Positions 38,355 through 51,498 of a stretch of DNA of 64,000 nucleotides are shown piece by piece. A program made the translations under genes and the position numbers. Numbering within the stretch: position 1 is the stretch's first letter; each line of letters opens with the position of its first letter. The DNA is from Octopus sinensis. Its lineage: Eukaryota. The stretch is from positions 87,234,001 through 87,298,000 of the forward strand of contig NC_043006.1 of NCBI RefSeq assembly GCF_006345805.1, given 5' to 3'. Under the pieces are notes generated by a model, which made no database searches, was not told where the DNA came from, and saw only the letters and a list, made by a program, of their open reading frames with translations.

Positions 38355-41210
38355 CAAGATGGCACATTGAAAGGTAGGTCTGGCAAGATTGTTGAGATGC
38401 ATGAACAGAGATGTGTAGATCTGTGCTGCATCCAAGACGTAAGTTGGAGAGGAAGTTCTGCTAGGGTCCTCACATGCAAAGAAAAAAGGTGTAAGAGTTT
38501 CTGGGCAGGGAACACTGATGGGGTCGGGGGTGAGGGTATACTTCTTGCAGTGAAATGGGTTGATAAGGTAATCGAGGTAATCAGAGTCTGTGATAGAATA
38601 CTTAAGATTAACTTAGCGCTGCATCATGGGTTAGCAACCATTATCTTGGCTTATGCCCCTCAACCAGAACTATCTGATGAACAGAAAGACCAATTTTATG
38701 ACACCCTCTTGCAGAGTACCTTGTCAACGAATGATAGCAACCTCCTTTTTGTTGCTGGTAACTTCAATGGGCATGTTGGACAATATGCAGGGAGCTTCCA
38801 TGGCATACATGGAGGCTATGGTTTTGGTTCCTGCAATGAGAAGGGAACCAGGCTGTTGTAGTTCTGCAATGCAAATGATCTTATGATTTGTCATAAGGCG
38901 GCGAGCTGGCAGAAACTTTAGCACGCTGATCGAAATGCGTAGCCATATTTTGTCTGTCATTACGTTTTGAGTTCAAATTCCGCCGAGGTCGACTTTGCCT
39001 TTCATCCTTTTGGGGTCGATAAATAAAGTACCAGTTTCGCACTGAGGTCAATGTATTCGACTTAATCCCTTTGTCTGTCCTTGTTTGTCCCCTCTATGTT
39101 TGGCCCCTTGTGGGTAGTAAAAAAATTAAATGATCTTATGGTTTGTCATACTAACTTCAGGAAACCAGCCAGTCACCTAGTCATCTACCGATCTGGTGGA
39201 CACAGTAGTCAAATTGATTACATCCTCACCAGGAAATGGGAAAGATGGCTACTTATAAATGCAAAACCTTCCCAGGTGAAGAATGCACCCCACAACATAG
39301 ATCAGTAGTTAGCAACTTCAGGATCAAGGCTAAATGGATGCCCAGAATATGACCAGCAAGGAGAAGAAGTGTCTGGAAGTTTAAGGATCCTGTGAATGAA
39401 CAGAAATGTAGAGACGTATTAGAGGGGGATATAGCATCATATGATGTGGAAGACAACTGGAGGTTCCTATGGGACAACCTGTTGAGCGCTACTAACCAGA
39501 TCTGGGGATGGTGCAAAGTCCCCTCTTGACTCAAGGTAACATGGTGGTGGAAAAATGTAGTTGACAAAGCCATCATGGAAAAGAAACAGGTATGGAAAGA
39601 CTGGAAAAATGGTGGTAGCAGGTTGTCAGAAGGGAAGCTATGAGACAGGTTTACTTAGCCAGAGGGGAGGCAAATAAGAAAAAATTTGCCAATGTTCTGC
39701 ATCATGAGGACCAAAGACTTAGAGTGTTTCATGTTGCAAGACAGTATGTGAGAGAGAATCAGGATGTCACAGGAGAGAAATGTGTCCAAATGGATGATGG
39801 CTCACTTGCATTTAATGTGGCTGCAAAGAGAAAGACTTGGAGATGCCACTATGAAAGGGTGATAAATGAAGAGAATGAAAGAGAGTCTGCTGAATGTCAA
39901 CCCACAGAGGGACCAGCTATCCGAATTGACAGCTCCTTGGTAGATAAAGCAATTACAGGTATGAAGACAGGGAAAGCCCCTGGCCCATCAGGAATCGCTG
40001 CAGAGATACTTAAAATATCTGGCAGTGTTGGCTATAGTCTAGTCACCCATATAGTCAATCAGGTGATATACAAAGGTAAAGGTGATGCATTAGATGTGAA
40101 TAATTACAGAAATATCAAGTTCTTGGATCAGGAGGTAATGAAAGTCACGGAGAGGGTCATAGCCCAACTAATTAGGGAGAGAGTCAGTTTAGATGATATG
40201 CAGTTTGTGTTTATGCCAGGAAAAGCTCCACTGATGCTATATTTCTGGTAAGACAGCTGCAGGAGAAATACCTAGCCAAAGATAAACTCTGTACCTGAAT
40301 TTCATTAATATGGGAAAAGCCTTTGACAGGTTTCCTGGACCCTTATCTGTTGGTCAATGCAGAAACTAGGTATAGATGAGTGGTTATGTTAGTGAGAGCT
40401 GTACAAGCCATATACAGGGATGCTGTCAGTATGGTGAGGGTTGGCAATGGGTACAGTGAAGAATTCCAGGTAGGGGTAGGGGTCCACCAAGGATCAGTCC
40501 TCAGCCCCAACTTATTCACCATAGTCCTCCAGGTAATAACAGAGGAATTCAAGGCAGGATGCCCCTGGGAGCTTCTCTATGCTGATAACCTCTCTCTAAT
40601 AGCTGAGTCACTATCACAACTAGAGGAGAAGTTTCAGGTGTGGAAACAAGGTCTAGAATCAAAGAGCCTTAGAGTCAACCTAGCAAAAACCAAAGTCTTA
40701 ATAAGTAGGAAGGCAGACAAATCACAAAATACCTTCAGGTAGATGGCCTGCTCAATCTGTAGAAAAAGCATAGGTAGAAACTCCATAAGATGTACCCGGT
40801 GTAAGCTATGGACACATAAGAGGTGCAGCAATATCAAAGGAAGACTAACTAGGAAGATAGCTTTTGTGTGTGGCAAATGCTCAGGGGTAATAAACACTGA
40901 AAATGTGCAGAAAACAGCTTCCATCACACGTCAGGGGGAAAAACTAAAAGTAGTTAATAGCTTCCATTACCTAGGTGACTAAGTCAGTAGTGGGGGTGGA
41001 TGCTCTGAGAATGTAGCTGCTAGAATAAGAATAGCCTGGGCAAAGTTCAGAGAGCTCCTGCCTCTGCTGGTAACAAAGGGCCTCTCACTCCAAGTGAATG
41101 GTAAATTGAATGATGCATGTGTGCAAACAGCCATGCTACATGGCAGTGAAACATGGGCCAAGAGTGCTGAAGACATGTATAAACTAGCAAGGAATGAAGC
41201 TAGAATGCTC
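38355..41210 (+). mobile_element. RTE-clade LINE (APE endonuclease + RT), pseudogenised
   Basis: APE: GTLKGRS..CCIQDVSW, AYAPQ, GNFNGHVG, SQIDYIL. RT: GKAPGP, NYRNIK, GVHQGSVLSP, LLYADNL, YLGD, LHGSETW. Multiple stops and frameshifts. Confidence 0.95.
38896..39127 (+). mobile_element. SINE A inserted into the RTE with a 23-bp TSD
   Basis: aaatgatcttatg(a/g)tttgtcata at 38873-38895 and 39128-39150. Confidence 0.92.
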
Positions 41211-42334
41211 TGCTTTGGTCACCTTGATGCTAGAGTAGAAGACACTTGCCCAAGATGCCATGTAGTTGGATTGAACCTGAAACCATGTGGTTGGGAAGCA
41301 AGCTTCTTACCACTAAGCTATACCTGCACCTATTTATACCTAAATATCTTAATAACCACAATACTGTGTGTGGTACATAGTCATAAGTGCTACAATCTGC
41401 AGTGTTGTAGCTCCTTGTCAAAACTGGTTTGTAGTTGTTAAGTACATTGTCAAAAGCATTCTCCAAGTTGATAAAAGCTCATGTAATGGTTTGCTTTTCA
41501 CTAAAACTTTTCTTGTAGTTGTTACTATAAAAAGTGGGTACTGAAGAAGACACTGAAGTTGACATAGAAATTAATACTGAAATGTCCATTGAAGCATTAG
41601 AACCTGAGTTGAGTAGCCTTGAGCTATGACTTCTGCAAGAGAAATATTCAGGAATGATTATTTTGCAGAAATTCTAAGTTCTTTCAATACCTTAGCATAG
41701 TTAAATCTTCCGTATTTCATCAGGGTGTTTGATTCTTGAGGATTACATGCCTCAGAAACAGCAATCATAGCAACGGGTAAGATCATAACAATAGTCAAGT
41801 TGGCACACCTCATGAAATCTTAACATATTGACACAAAATTTGAGATTTTTCTTTTATTCAGATTTTCATTATTAATAATTTCCTTTTTTTTATATATTTT
41901 AATATTTTGGCAAATGAATTCTCATGTTTATTCATGAATGAAAGCCACCATACATCCACATTGCATAGACAACAATAAAATTACATTTCATGATTAAATT
42001 AATGTTCAGTTGAATATCACTTCACTTCAAATACTGATCAACAATAATATGAACAACAACAATAAAGTGAAAATCAAGCAAGAAGTTCAAAATATTTCAT
42101 AAAAGACAGGCAGGAGGAAGAGAGATAGATAGAAAAGATGAGAGGGAGATGGCGATAGAGAGGTAGAAATAAGTGAGAAAATTAGATAGGGAGAGTGAGT
42201 CAAAGAAGTCCAAGATAGAGAGAGGTTTGAGGGGAAGCAAGAGGTCAAAAAGGGAACAAAGAAAAGTAAAAAGGAAGCTGAGGTCAGTACAAGTGATAAA
42301 GGAGAAAAGAGAGAGGGAAAGAGAAAGATAGGCA

Positions 42335-42371
<37 letters not shown>

Positions 42372-43134
42372 GGAGTAAAGAGAGAGAAAGAAGGAGAGAA
42401 GTGGTAAGGGAGAGAAAGAAAGAGAGAGAGAGAGAGTTTAAAGATAGGAAAATGATGTGATTCTGACTCTGATAAATCTATTGAAATCATAAGGCATTCT
42501 TTATATTTCTTCAGCATTGTTTGCAGGAGGAAGGGGGGAAGGGGGGGGGAATAGATGCCGATTGGAAGTGGTGATGGGGGATGTCAAAAGGGTGGAAATA
42601 TATGTGTGTGATGACAGGAGGTAGGAAGGAGAGGGTTAAGTTAGCTACCAATATGAGCAAAAGTTGTTTTGTGTTTTGTAGGGCTTGTGATGCGAAAGAT
42701 CAAATGGCTGACCAGAATCAAACTACTAAACAGAGTGTATGGTGGAGGGGGTGAGTGATGAAAGTAGTAGTAGTAGTAGTAGTAGTTGTAGTAAATGTGT
42801 ATGTCATGGTGGTAGTTGTATTTATGAGGGTAAAGTTTTGTACAGCATGGTGGTGATGGCGGTGGTGATGGTGATGGTGAAAACGGTGGTTGAAGTGGTG
42901 GTGGTTGTAGTAGTTGCACTTGCTGTTTAATCCCAGTTCAACACTGATTTAGCAGAACTATGACCAAAATCATTCCAATTGTGACCATCCCATCTTTTAT
43001 CCAAGCCAATGTACAGTTTATTAGACTAAGCTGTTAAAATGTAGGGTCATTTGGCTGATATTTCTAGAAGGCCTAGTGACTTCATAGAAGGTCTCACATT
43101 TGGTTTATAGTTGTAGTAGTATTAGTATGTCATA

Positions 43135-43535
43135 AGGCAGCGAGCTGGCCGAAACGTTAGCACGCCAGGCGAAATGCATAGCTGTATTTTGTCTGCCGTT
43201 ACGTTCTGAGTTCAAATTCTGCAGAGGTCGACTTTGCCTTTCATCCTTTCGGGATTGATAAATTAAGTACCAGTTACGCACTGGGGTCGATGTAATCAAC
43301 TTCATCCGTCTGTCTGTTCATGTCTGTCCTCTCTGTCTTTAGCCCCTTGTGGGTAGTAAAGAAATAGCTATTTGATCTGTCTTTACATTCTGAGTTCAAA
43401 TTCCAACAAAGTTGACTTTGCTTTTCATCCTTTTGGCGTCGTTAAATTAAGTACCAGTTGCATACTGGGGTCGATCTAATCAACCGGGCCCCACCTCCCC
43501 AACACTTTCAAGCCTTGTGTCTAGAGTAGAAAAGA
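43135..43535 (+). mobile_element. dimeric SINE A
   Basis: Full monomer followed by a second ttctgagttcaaattcc...gtaccagttgcatactggggtcgatc unit. Confidence 0.85.
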
Positions 43536-43721
43536 GTATTAGTAAGTGATGGCAAAAGTTGGAGTGGTTATATTTGTGATAGCAGTTGGTTGTATTATGT
43601 GTTGTTGTGGCTACATTTTTAGTGCCAGTGGTGGTGAAGGAGCAGAAAGTAGAAGGTGGAGTAGAAGTATAAAGGACACAGTGAGGAGTGTAACATTTCA
43701 GGAGTGGTTTTCCTTTTGCTT

Positions 43722-43770
<49 letters not shown>

Positions 43771-43833
43771 GATAGATAGCTGTACATACTATATATATAA
43801 ACACATATACATACGCATAATATATATATATAA

Positions 43834-43865
<32 letters not shown>

Positions 43866-44707
43866 GCATGCCAGCATGGAAGGCGGACATTAAGTGATGA
43901 TGATATATATATATATATATAAAAACATAAATATATGTACATGAGTGTGTGTATACATACATATATATATATATTGTATGTGTATATTTATTTTAATATT
44001 CAAGTCAGCAAATTTTCAGTTTACATGGTATGGTAGGGTATGGTGTATGATTGGTGTTGATGGAGGTGAAGGTTGTAGTGGTGGCTGATGTCAAAGTGAA
44101 AGTGAGGGTTGTAGAGGGGAGTTATGTGACTGAAATGGGAAATAACTCAATTAAGGTTGAATTATGTTTGAAGATTGATAACAAAGAAAATAAATATATA
44201 ATGGAAAACACTAAGATAAAATGTGGAAAACAATAAAAAAAATATCCCATAAAATTCCATGACTTCATTATCATTTGGTAAAATCTGAAAATAATTCATA
44301 CCAACACACACATGAAAATATATATTTCTGTTTATATGTGTACATATATGTGTGTATGTGTATGTGCATGTATGTATGTGTATGTATATGAATGCGTGTG
44401 TATCTACACATGGGCATTCTTTATGATAAAAAGGTTCTGTAAATATAATGCAAGATGATTGTCTCTTTTTATAGTTGTTAATGCAGCTGGCATTGCTGTT
44501 GTAGTTGTTGCTGTTATCTTTTAAAACCGGGAACACAATGTTCTCATCTCATGAAGTTTGCCCGCATCAATTTTGTGGGGTTTAAAGGAAACAGGAAATT
44601 GGAAGATGGTGTAGGTAGTTCAGTTGCAAAATTTCTCAAATAAAAAAGAAAAAAAAAATATTTATATGTCACCTTTCTCTTTCTCTTTTCCTCTCTTCCT
44701 GCGAGTA

Positions 44708-44755
<48 letters not shown>

Positions 44756-44857
44756 GGAGTAAACACATAAATGTGAAACAAGGTGGAAAAAAGAGTACTC
44801 AAATACCAGTGGTAGAGTAATATGCTTTATTTTAAGCAGCAGAAAATTCAACAAAAT

Positions 44858-44895
44858 CTGTTACTCTGAGTTTCTCGTTGCTGTTCATCAGACAG
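44858..44895 (-). ncRNA. minimal type I hammerhead
   Basis: ctgt CTGATGA a ca gcaa cg a GAAA ctc a gag TA acag. Confidence 0.75.
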
Positions 44896-45549
44896 TTTTT
44901 GCTAGAATGGAACTGATATATCAATTCAATCTATACTCTTACAAACGCTACACCTTTAAAAAGAAATGGACTTGTTTGATTGGCCCTTTAGAAAAAACGG
45001 TCAATCTTCGAGCGATAAACAAAAAGGTCGAAAATATATGTATATATATATAAAAAACTTATAAAAATTATAAAATCCGAGGAAAAACCTATTGACGTTA
45101 ATGAAGACAGTGCAAATTAATGCATAGAAATTAAACCTGTTATAAATACTGCAATACATATTTATATTAAAATCTACATATATATATCAACATACACAAA
45201 AGGATGCGCGTAAACGCCATACATACATATACAGACGTATGAATATGAATCTAAATATACACATAAAAGCATGTGTACATATATTCATGCAAACCGTCTC
45301 GCACGCAAGCTAAAATTCATCTATGTAGCAATTCTCATATACTGAGCAAGGAGGGGGAACGAAAGAAAGGGAAAGAGAGAAAAAGGAACGAAGGAGGGCT
45401 CTAAGCATTTTAAGCAGGGTCATAAATTCTACAGAATATTTAATAGAAGAACCCTGAAGGTTAGCTATTCTTGTTGCAGAAATTTCGCCTCTTACATTAG
45501 CCAACATAATAGGAAGCTAATTGAGATTAGACATGGTGCCGAGCCCATT

Positions 45550-45995
45550 AAGAAATGTAATTTCAAAAACGAAAGCTCCTGTCCGTTAGAAGGGAAATGT
45601 CTAGTGAAAGGAGTAGTTTATAGAGCCAAGGTGCAAGTGGAAGGCTCATCGGAATACAAGACATACACAGGGGCTTCAGAAAATTCATTTAAAACAAGAT
45701 TTTATTCTCATAAAAATTCATTTAAATACCCAGAGAATAGGAAGAAAACCAGCCTAGCAAAATATGTCTGGGAACTAAAAGAAAAGGAAGCCCCACCTTT
45801 CAACGTGACATGGAGCATTCTGGACAGGGTGGCACCATACAGGCATGGAGCTTACAAAAATAATTTCAAGTGCAGACTTTGTCTATTAGAAAAAAATGTA
45901 CATCTTATTCAAAGACAATAATTCTTTGAATCAAAGAAGTGAGTTAATGAACTTATGTAGGCACGCGGCTAAATTTAAAATGTCGAATATAAATA
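45550..45995 (+). pseudogene. Penelope GIY-YIG endonuclease domain (frameshifted near end)
   Basis: CPLEGKCLVKGVVYRAKV...TYTGASENSFKTRFYSHKNSF...TSLAKYVWELK...CRLCLLEK, then LNQRSELMNLCRH in another frame. Confidence 0.9.
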
Positions 45996-46648
45996 TACCA
46001 TATGGATAGAGTATATATTTTGTATTTTTGATTTTTGATTTTGATTTTGACTCTTGAGCGCTACGATGGATTTTGATTTTGTTTCCAAGCTATGCGTATC
46101 TTAATCCGTATAGCAAAGTCTTATGTTTCTACATATATATTAGGAAAAACCTACAAACTTTGTTTTCATGTTATTGTATTGCATAGGATTACCTTGATTA
46201 TTTATATTACCTTGATTATTTATAAATGGCCCAAAATAGGATGTTATATTTTATTTTATATGTCTTTCGTATATATTTTTATTAATGCACCCATTTTTAA
46301 AAGCAATATTTTTTAAAAAAAGCAATGTTGTCAAAATTAGAATGTTTATATAAGTATGTGTATAGCAAAGCATATGTATTTGTAAGCATGCGTATCTGTG
46401 TATGTGTAAGTGAAAGTATGTTTGTGCTTAAGCACACATATACACGACGGTATGTATATGTATCCATTCAAACTTGTGTATGTATACTGGTCTCTATAGA
46501 TGCCAATAACATCGTTACACTGCTTGTATACATAAGTTTTTTTCCCCACCCCTCCTTCGTTCCTTTTTCTCTCTTTCCCTTTCTTTCGTTCCCCCTCGTT
46601 TGTAAGAGTATAGATTGAATTGATATATCAGTTCCATTCTAGCAAAAA

Positions 46649-46686
46649 CTGTCTGATGAACGGCAACGAGAAACTCAGAGTAACAG
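46649..46686 (+). ncRNA. minimal type I hammerhead, canonical core
   Basis: ctgt CTGATGA a cg gcaa cg a GAAA ctc a gag TA acag; predicted cleavage after GUA (46682). Confidence 0.85.
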
Positions 46687-46858
46687 ATTTTGTTGAATTT
46701 TCTGCTGCTTAAAATAAAGTATATATATATATATATATATATATATAACTGTTTCTGCTATGAGGAGCAATGCACTCATAGTTGCTGGTTTGTGAATCAC
46801 CCTATAGCTTCAGACATGAAGTGCAGTTTTATTAATACTATATATATGATTATTATTA

Positions 46859-46889
<31 letters not shown>

Positions 46890-47162
46890 CATCATTATTA
46901 TTATTATAATTATTATTTTTATTATCATTATTATTATTATGATTATTATTATTATTATTCTGTGGAGGTTGACTTTGCGCCTTTCATCCTTTCACGGTTG
47001 ATAAAAATAAGTAGCAGTTGAATAACGGGGTCAATGCAATTGACTTACCTCTTCTGAACCATGTACTGTTGAAACAATTGTAATGAAGGAATAAATGGAA
47101 TACCATCACCTCCATTCTTGGACTTAATCTGTATGTGTGTATGTGTATACATGCACACACAT

Positions 47163-47192
<30 letters not shown>

Positions 47193-47193
<1 letters not shown>

Positions 47194-47567
47194 GCTGCAG
47201 GAGTGGCTGTGTGGTAAGTAGCTTGTGCTTACCAACCACATGGTTCTGGGTTCAGTCCCACTGCATGGCACTTTGGGCAAGTGTCTTCAACTAAAGCCTT
47301 GTGAGTTGATTTGGTGGATAGAAACTGAAAGAAGCCCATCATATGTGTGTGTGTGTGTGTGTGTCTGTGTTTGTCCCCCCACCATTGCTTGACAACCAAT
47401 GTTGGTGTGTTTGCATCTCCATAACTTAGTGGTTCAGCAAGAGAGACTGATTGAATGAGTACTGGGCTTTCAAGGAGTGGGTCCTGGGGTCGACTTGTTC
47501 AACTAAAGGCAGTGCTCCAGAGTGGCTGCAGTTAAAATGACTGAAACAAGTAAAAGATTAAAAGAAT
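47193..47567 (+). mobile_element. SINE family B, near full length
   Basis: gcaggagtggctgtgtggtaagtagc (A box), gggttcagtccc (B box), internal (TG)n, aaagattaaaag tail. Confidence 0.9.
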
Positions 47568-47577
47568 ATATATATAT

Positions 47578-48200
47578 ATCATCATCATCATCGTTTAACG
47601 TCCGTTTTCTGCGCTAGCACAGGTTGGACAGTCAAGGCGGTGCTGGCATCGGCCACGTTCGGATGGTGCTTTTTATGTGCCACCGGCACAGGTATCACAA
47701 CTACTATTTCCATTGATATTTATTTCGATGTTCATGTACTTGACTCAATAGGTCTCCTCAAGCACAGCGGGATGTTCTGAAATCCAAGGTACTTTGAATG
47801 GGCATGGGCTATGTGTAACTGGTGCAGGAAGCAGCCCGGGTCTTTGCAGTCACAGCATATCTCCAGAGATCTCGGTCCTTCGTCATTGCCTCTGTGAGGC
47901 CCAACGCTCTGAGGTCATGCTTGACTACCTCATCCCATGTCTTTCTGGGTCTACCTCTCCCCCTGATACCTTCAACTGTTTGGGAGCGGCACTTCTTAAC
48001 ACATCTCTCCTCATCCATCCGCAGTACATGACCATACCATCGCAAGCGTCACTCTTGCACACCACATCTGATGCTTCTTATGTCCAGCACTTCTCTCAGG
48101 GTGCTTACCCTCTGTCGTGCGTGCACACTGACATTACACATCCAGCGGATCATGCTAGCTTCATTTCTTTCAAGTCTACGCATGTCCTCTGCAGTCACAA
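47578..48200 (-). mobile_element. RTE 3' fragment
   Basis: RWYGHVLRMDEERCVKKCRSQTVEGIRGRGRPRKTWDEVVKHDL; (GAT)n tail. Confidence 0.9.
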
Positions 48201-48227
48201 TATATATATTATATATATATATATATA

Positions 48228-48560
48228 TATCATCATCATCATCATCGTTTAACGTCCGTTCTCCATGCTAGCATGGGTTGGACGGTTCGACCGGGGATCT
48301 GGAAAGCCAGAAGGCTGCACCAGGCTCCAGTCTTATCTGGCAGTGTTTCTACAGCTGGATGCCCTTCCTAACGCCAACCACTCCGTGAGTGTAGTGGGTG
48401 CTTTTCACGTGCCACCTGCACAGGTGCCAGGCGAGGCTGGCAACGACCATGGTCGGATTGGTGTATTTTATGTGCTACCTGCACGGAAGCCAAACGAGGG
48501 GGTGCTGGCATCGGCCACGAGTCGGATAGTGCTTTTTACGTACCACCAGACCAGGGATCC
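48228..48560 (-). mobile_element. RTE 3' UTR/tail (second copy)
   Basis: catcatcgtttaacgtccg...cagctggatgcccttcctaacgccaaccactccg. Confidence 0.85.
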
Positions 48561-48659
48561 TGGCTGGTTCAATTCGATTTCGATTTCGCTTGCCCCAACA
48601 TGTCTTCGCAAGCAATGGGGTTGGCATGGGTGCCTGTCGTACGGTCAGATTGGATGGGT

Positions 48660-48972
48660 AAAGACCCCCTTCAGTCATGAATGACCATGGGATGCCCGAA
48701 GAAAGTTCCCCTCTGAAGCACAAGTCTGAGCAAAGTTGTTTATGGAAGGCCAGCATGCAAGCCTCTCCTCTCCACACTATGAATGTTATCTAAGGGAAAG
48801 GTAAAAGCTTAGCCCCAGTGACTTCACAACTCATTTCTACAGATGAGTGAACTGGAACATGAAATAAAGTGTCTCGCTCAAGATCACAACACATAGCCTG
48901 GTTCGGGAATCAAACTCACTACCTCATGATTGTGAGCTTGACACTCTAACCACTGAGAAAGGCCCCTTCACT
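48660..48972 (-). mobile_element. tRNA-derived SINE, family D
   Basis: Minus strand: cagtggttagagtg (A box), gagtttgattccc (B box), cttgagcgagacactttatttc. Confidence 0.7.
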
Positions 48973-49340
48973 TTTATATTTTTTTTTAATACCTCATCTC
49001 AGAGAGTAGAAATCAGATGTTCAGATAAGCAATTTCGTTTTCCAACCTAGCAAACATTTAAAACCTCTTTTTCAGAACTGATTATAATTATTTTATTATT
49101 TCATTTCATTATTTATGTAAACAGTTTCATCTTCCATGGCGTATATTTAGAGAAAAAAACTGAAGATCCTCTTGCTCAATCTAACTCTACCTCTTCCTCC
49201 TTTCTCCCTCTCTTTCACTCTCATTTATTATTGTCATTTATTCATTCATTTATCTAATTTTGTCACGGTTTGGCTGACCAAAAACTCTTGGTTATAGCCT
49301 TAGTTAAGAATGCAAATGCCCAATGCTATCTCATTATGTT

Positions 49341-49862
49341 GGGTTTTAAACCTTAAACAAAACATATCAAACGTGACCAATTCCCAGGTAGTGGTAGAAT
49401 TCAGTCTTCTTCCATTTTAAAACTTTTTTTTCCTTTGCTATATTTACTTTAAAACTTCTCAATTTTAGGTTTAGATTTGATGTATAGAATTTTTTCTAAT
49501 TCCACCCTTTCCACCCCCATCACCTGTACCAGAAGTCTCTATCCTCTGACCTCTGTTAGATGTCTCTCCCATGAACACCTCCAAAGGCTTAATGTTCCCC
49601 CATCCCTACTTAGGGTTTATCTCCTATGTAATGTAGTGATTATGTAGCACATAAAATGATGGTGCAGTGTATGCAGGTTGAAGGCTATTGTATGTTTATG
49701 AGTTCTGCCAAATGTGAGCTTTCTTTTCAGATACATGATGCTGCTGTCCCCCATCTCAGAGTCTCATGGGCCCACACCCTCAGAGTTGGCACACTTAATG
49801 TTGGCACACTGAAAGGTAGGTCTGGAGAGATTGTTGAGATGCTTGAACAGAGACATGAAAAA
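49341..49862 (+). repeat. duplicate of 38110-38352 followed by an RTE 5' fragment
   Basis: Shared block, then HTLRVGTLNVGTLKGRSGEIVEMLEQR (start of the RTE APE domain). Confidence 0.85.
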
Positions 49863-51143
49863 CAAAACTGCTAAAGTGTTGGGCAGTGCGAGATTCAGTT
49901 TGCATTAATTAGTCAAGGAAGAGCATCCTAGAGTAAGCCTGAAGAAGGGATACAAGAACAAAATGTCTGTTAAGGAAGTTTTGATCTGAGAACCCAAATA
50001 ATGTGTAGAAGATACAGCTATGAAAATGAATAGTATCAAGGTCTATCTGATGAGGGAAATGAAGTCATGGATCAAGAAAATATTAGAATGAAATGCATTA
50101 TGACAAAGTTAATGATAGTAAGGCTAGTTTAAAAGATAGGGCAGAAAAATCAGGTGTGTAAGAAATGGTAAAAATAGAGTCATTTGTTGAATATAATATT
50201 GGAAGAGGAGAATGAAAATATTTGTTGTTTTATCTGAAATCAAGTGAATCCAAGCGAGATAGAGCTCAAGAAACTGTTGAAATAGATGTACTGGAGTATG
50301 TACCTATACTAACTGCCAAACATGAATAAGTAAAATAAGTAGTTAATGTTAAGTCTAAAGAAATTCAAAATATGAAAGATTAGAATATATACAAATGTGT
50401 GTCCAACATTACTTCATAGTAAATTATGTTAAAAAGATGGATGACAGCAAAAAACATGAATACTAGAAAAATAAAGGCTTGTCTTGCTACATGAGGTTTT
50501 GAGAAATATTTAAGTGATCTAACAACAGATTCTTTAACATGCAACTATGAAGTCATACAGTTAGTAATACTGGTTTCAAATATTGGCCCTAAGCCAGAAA
50601 TTTCAGGGCAGGGTATCAGTCAACCCCCAATATTCTACTGATACTTAATTTATCGACCCCAAAAGGATGAAAGGCAAAGTTGACCCTGACAGAATTTGAA
50701 CTCAGAACTTAGAGATGGAATGAAAAGCAGCTAATCATTTTGCTTGTCATGCCAGCTCACTGCCATCAAACAGCTAGCAATATTAACTGCATCAGTTTTG
50801 AATTGGTGAGTGCAGACTCTTAATTTCACCTCAGAATTTTTGCAGAGCAATACACTAAAGAGTGGGCTATTTGTTGATCTACCTCCAGAATTGCTGGTGT
50901 GGAAACTGAAGAGATGCAACTAAAGGCTGAATGATGCAGGTCAGTGAGAGTATAAGAGGAACACCTGACTAATATAAACAAAGACTCAACTAGTGTCATT
51001 TATTCGCGGCTGACTGTGGTATGTCCAGGGTGTTTGATGTCTAATAGAGTGTCGGGGAGAACCACATGGCCTATATATATATATATATATATATATATGT
51101 TACTACTTGATTTGAAAGCTTTTATATTATTGGAAAACCTATA

Positions 51144-51236
51144 TAATTAGCTGAAGAGTACTCAGCATCTTAAATCTGCCGTAATACTTACAGCTTTTAA
51201 TAAAATGTTGTAGTGCGAAACAATTGTACCAAATTA
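51144..51236 (+). ncRNA. type I hammerhead with long stem II, in a ~270-bp repeat between (TA)n tracts
   Basis: taattag CTGAAGA gtact [cagcat...atgttg t] agtgc GAAA caattg TA ccaaatta. Confidence 0.75.
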
Positions 51237-51365
51237 CTGGAGTCATTCTTGTTGCTTATTTTTGATTATAATCACCCATCAAATTTTTATTGGTAACACC
51301 ATACAAAATTCTGGTACATCTAAATTAAGTGCCATATTCATTTGAATCTAAATTGTTGCTGATCT

Positions 51366-51399
<34 letters not shown>

Positions 51400-51498
51400 T
51401 TGATAAAACGGTAAGATAACAAAAGAAAGAAAGAGACCTCAATATTATGTAAATAGAGGAAATTTATCTATACAATATGTTACATTACTTGGTAGTCA

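Larger units (their letters stand above)
44754..46723 (+). mobile_element. 5'-truncated Penelope-like element with an inverted pLTR copy
   Basis: 44821-44947 is the reverse complement of 46597-46723, and 45345-45398 of 46549-46600. GIY-YIG ORF lies between; (TA)n on both flanks. Confidence 0.9.
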
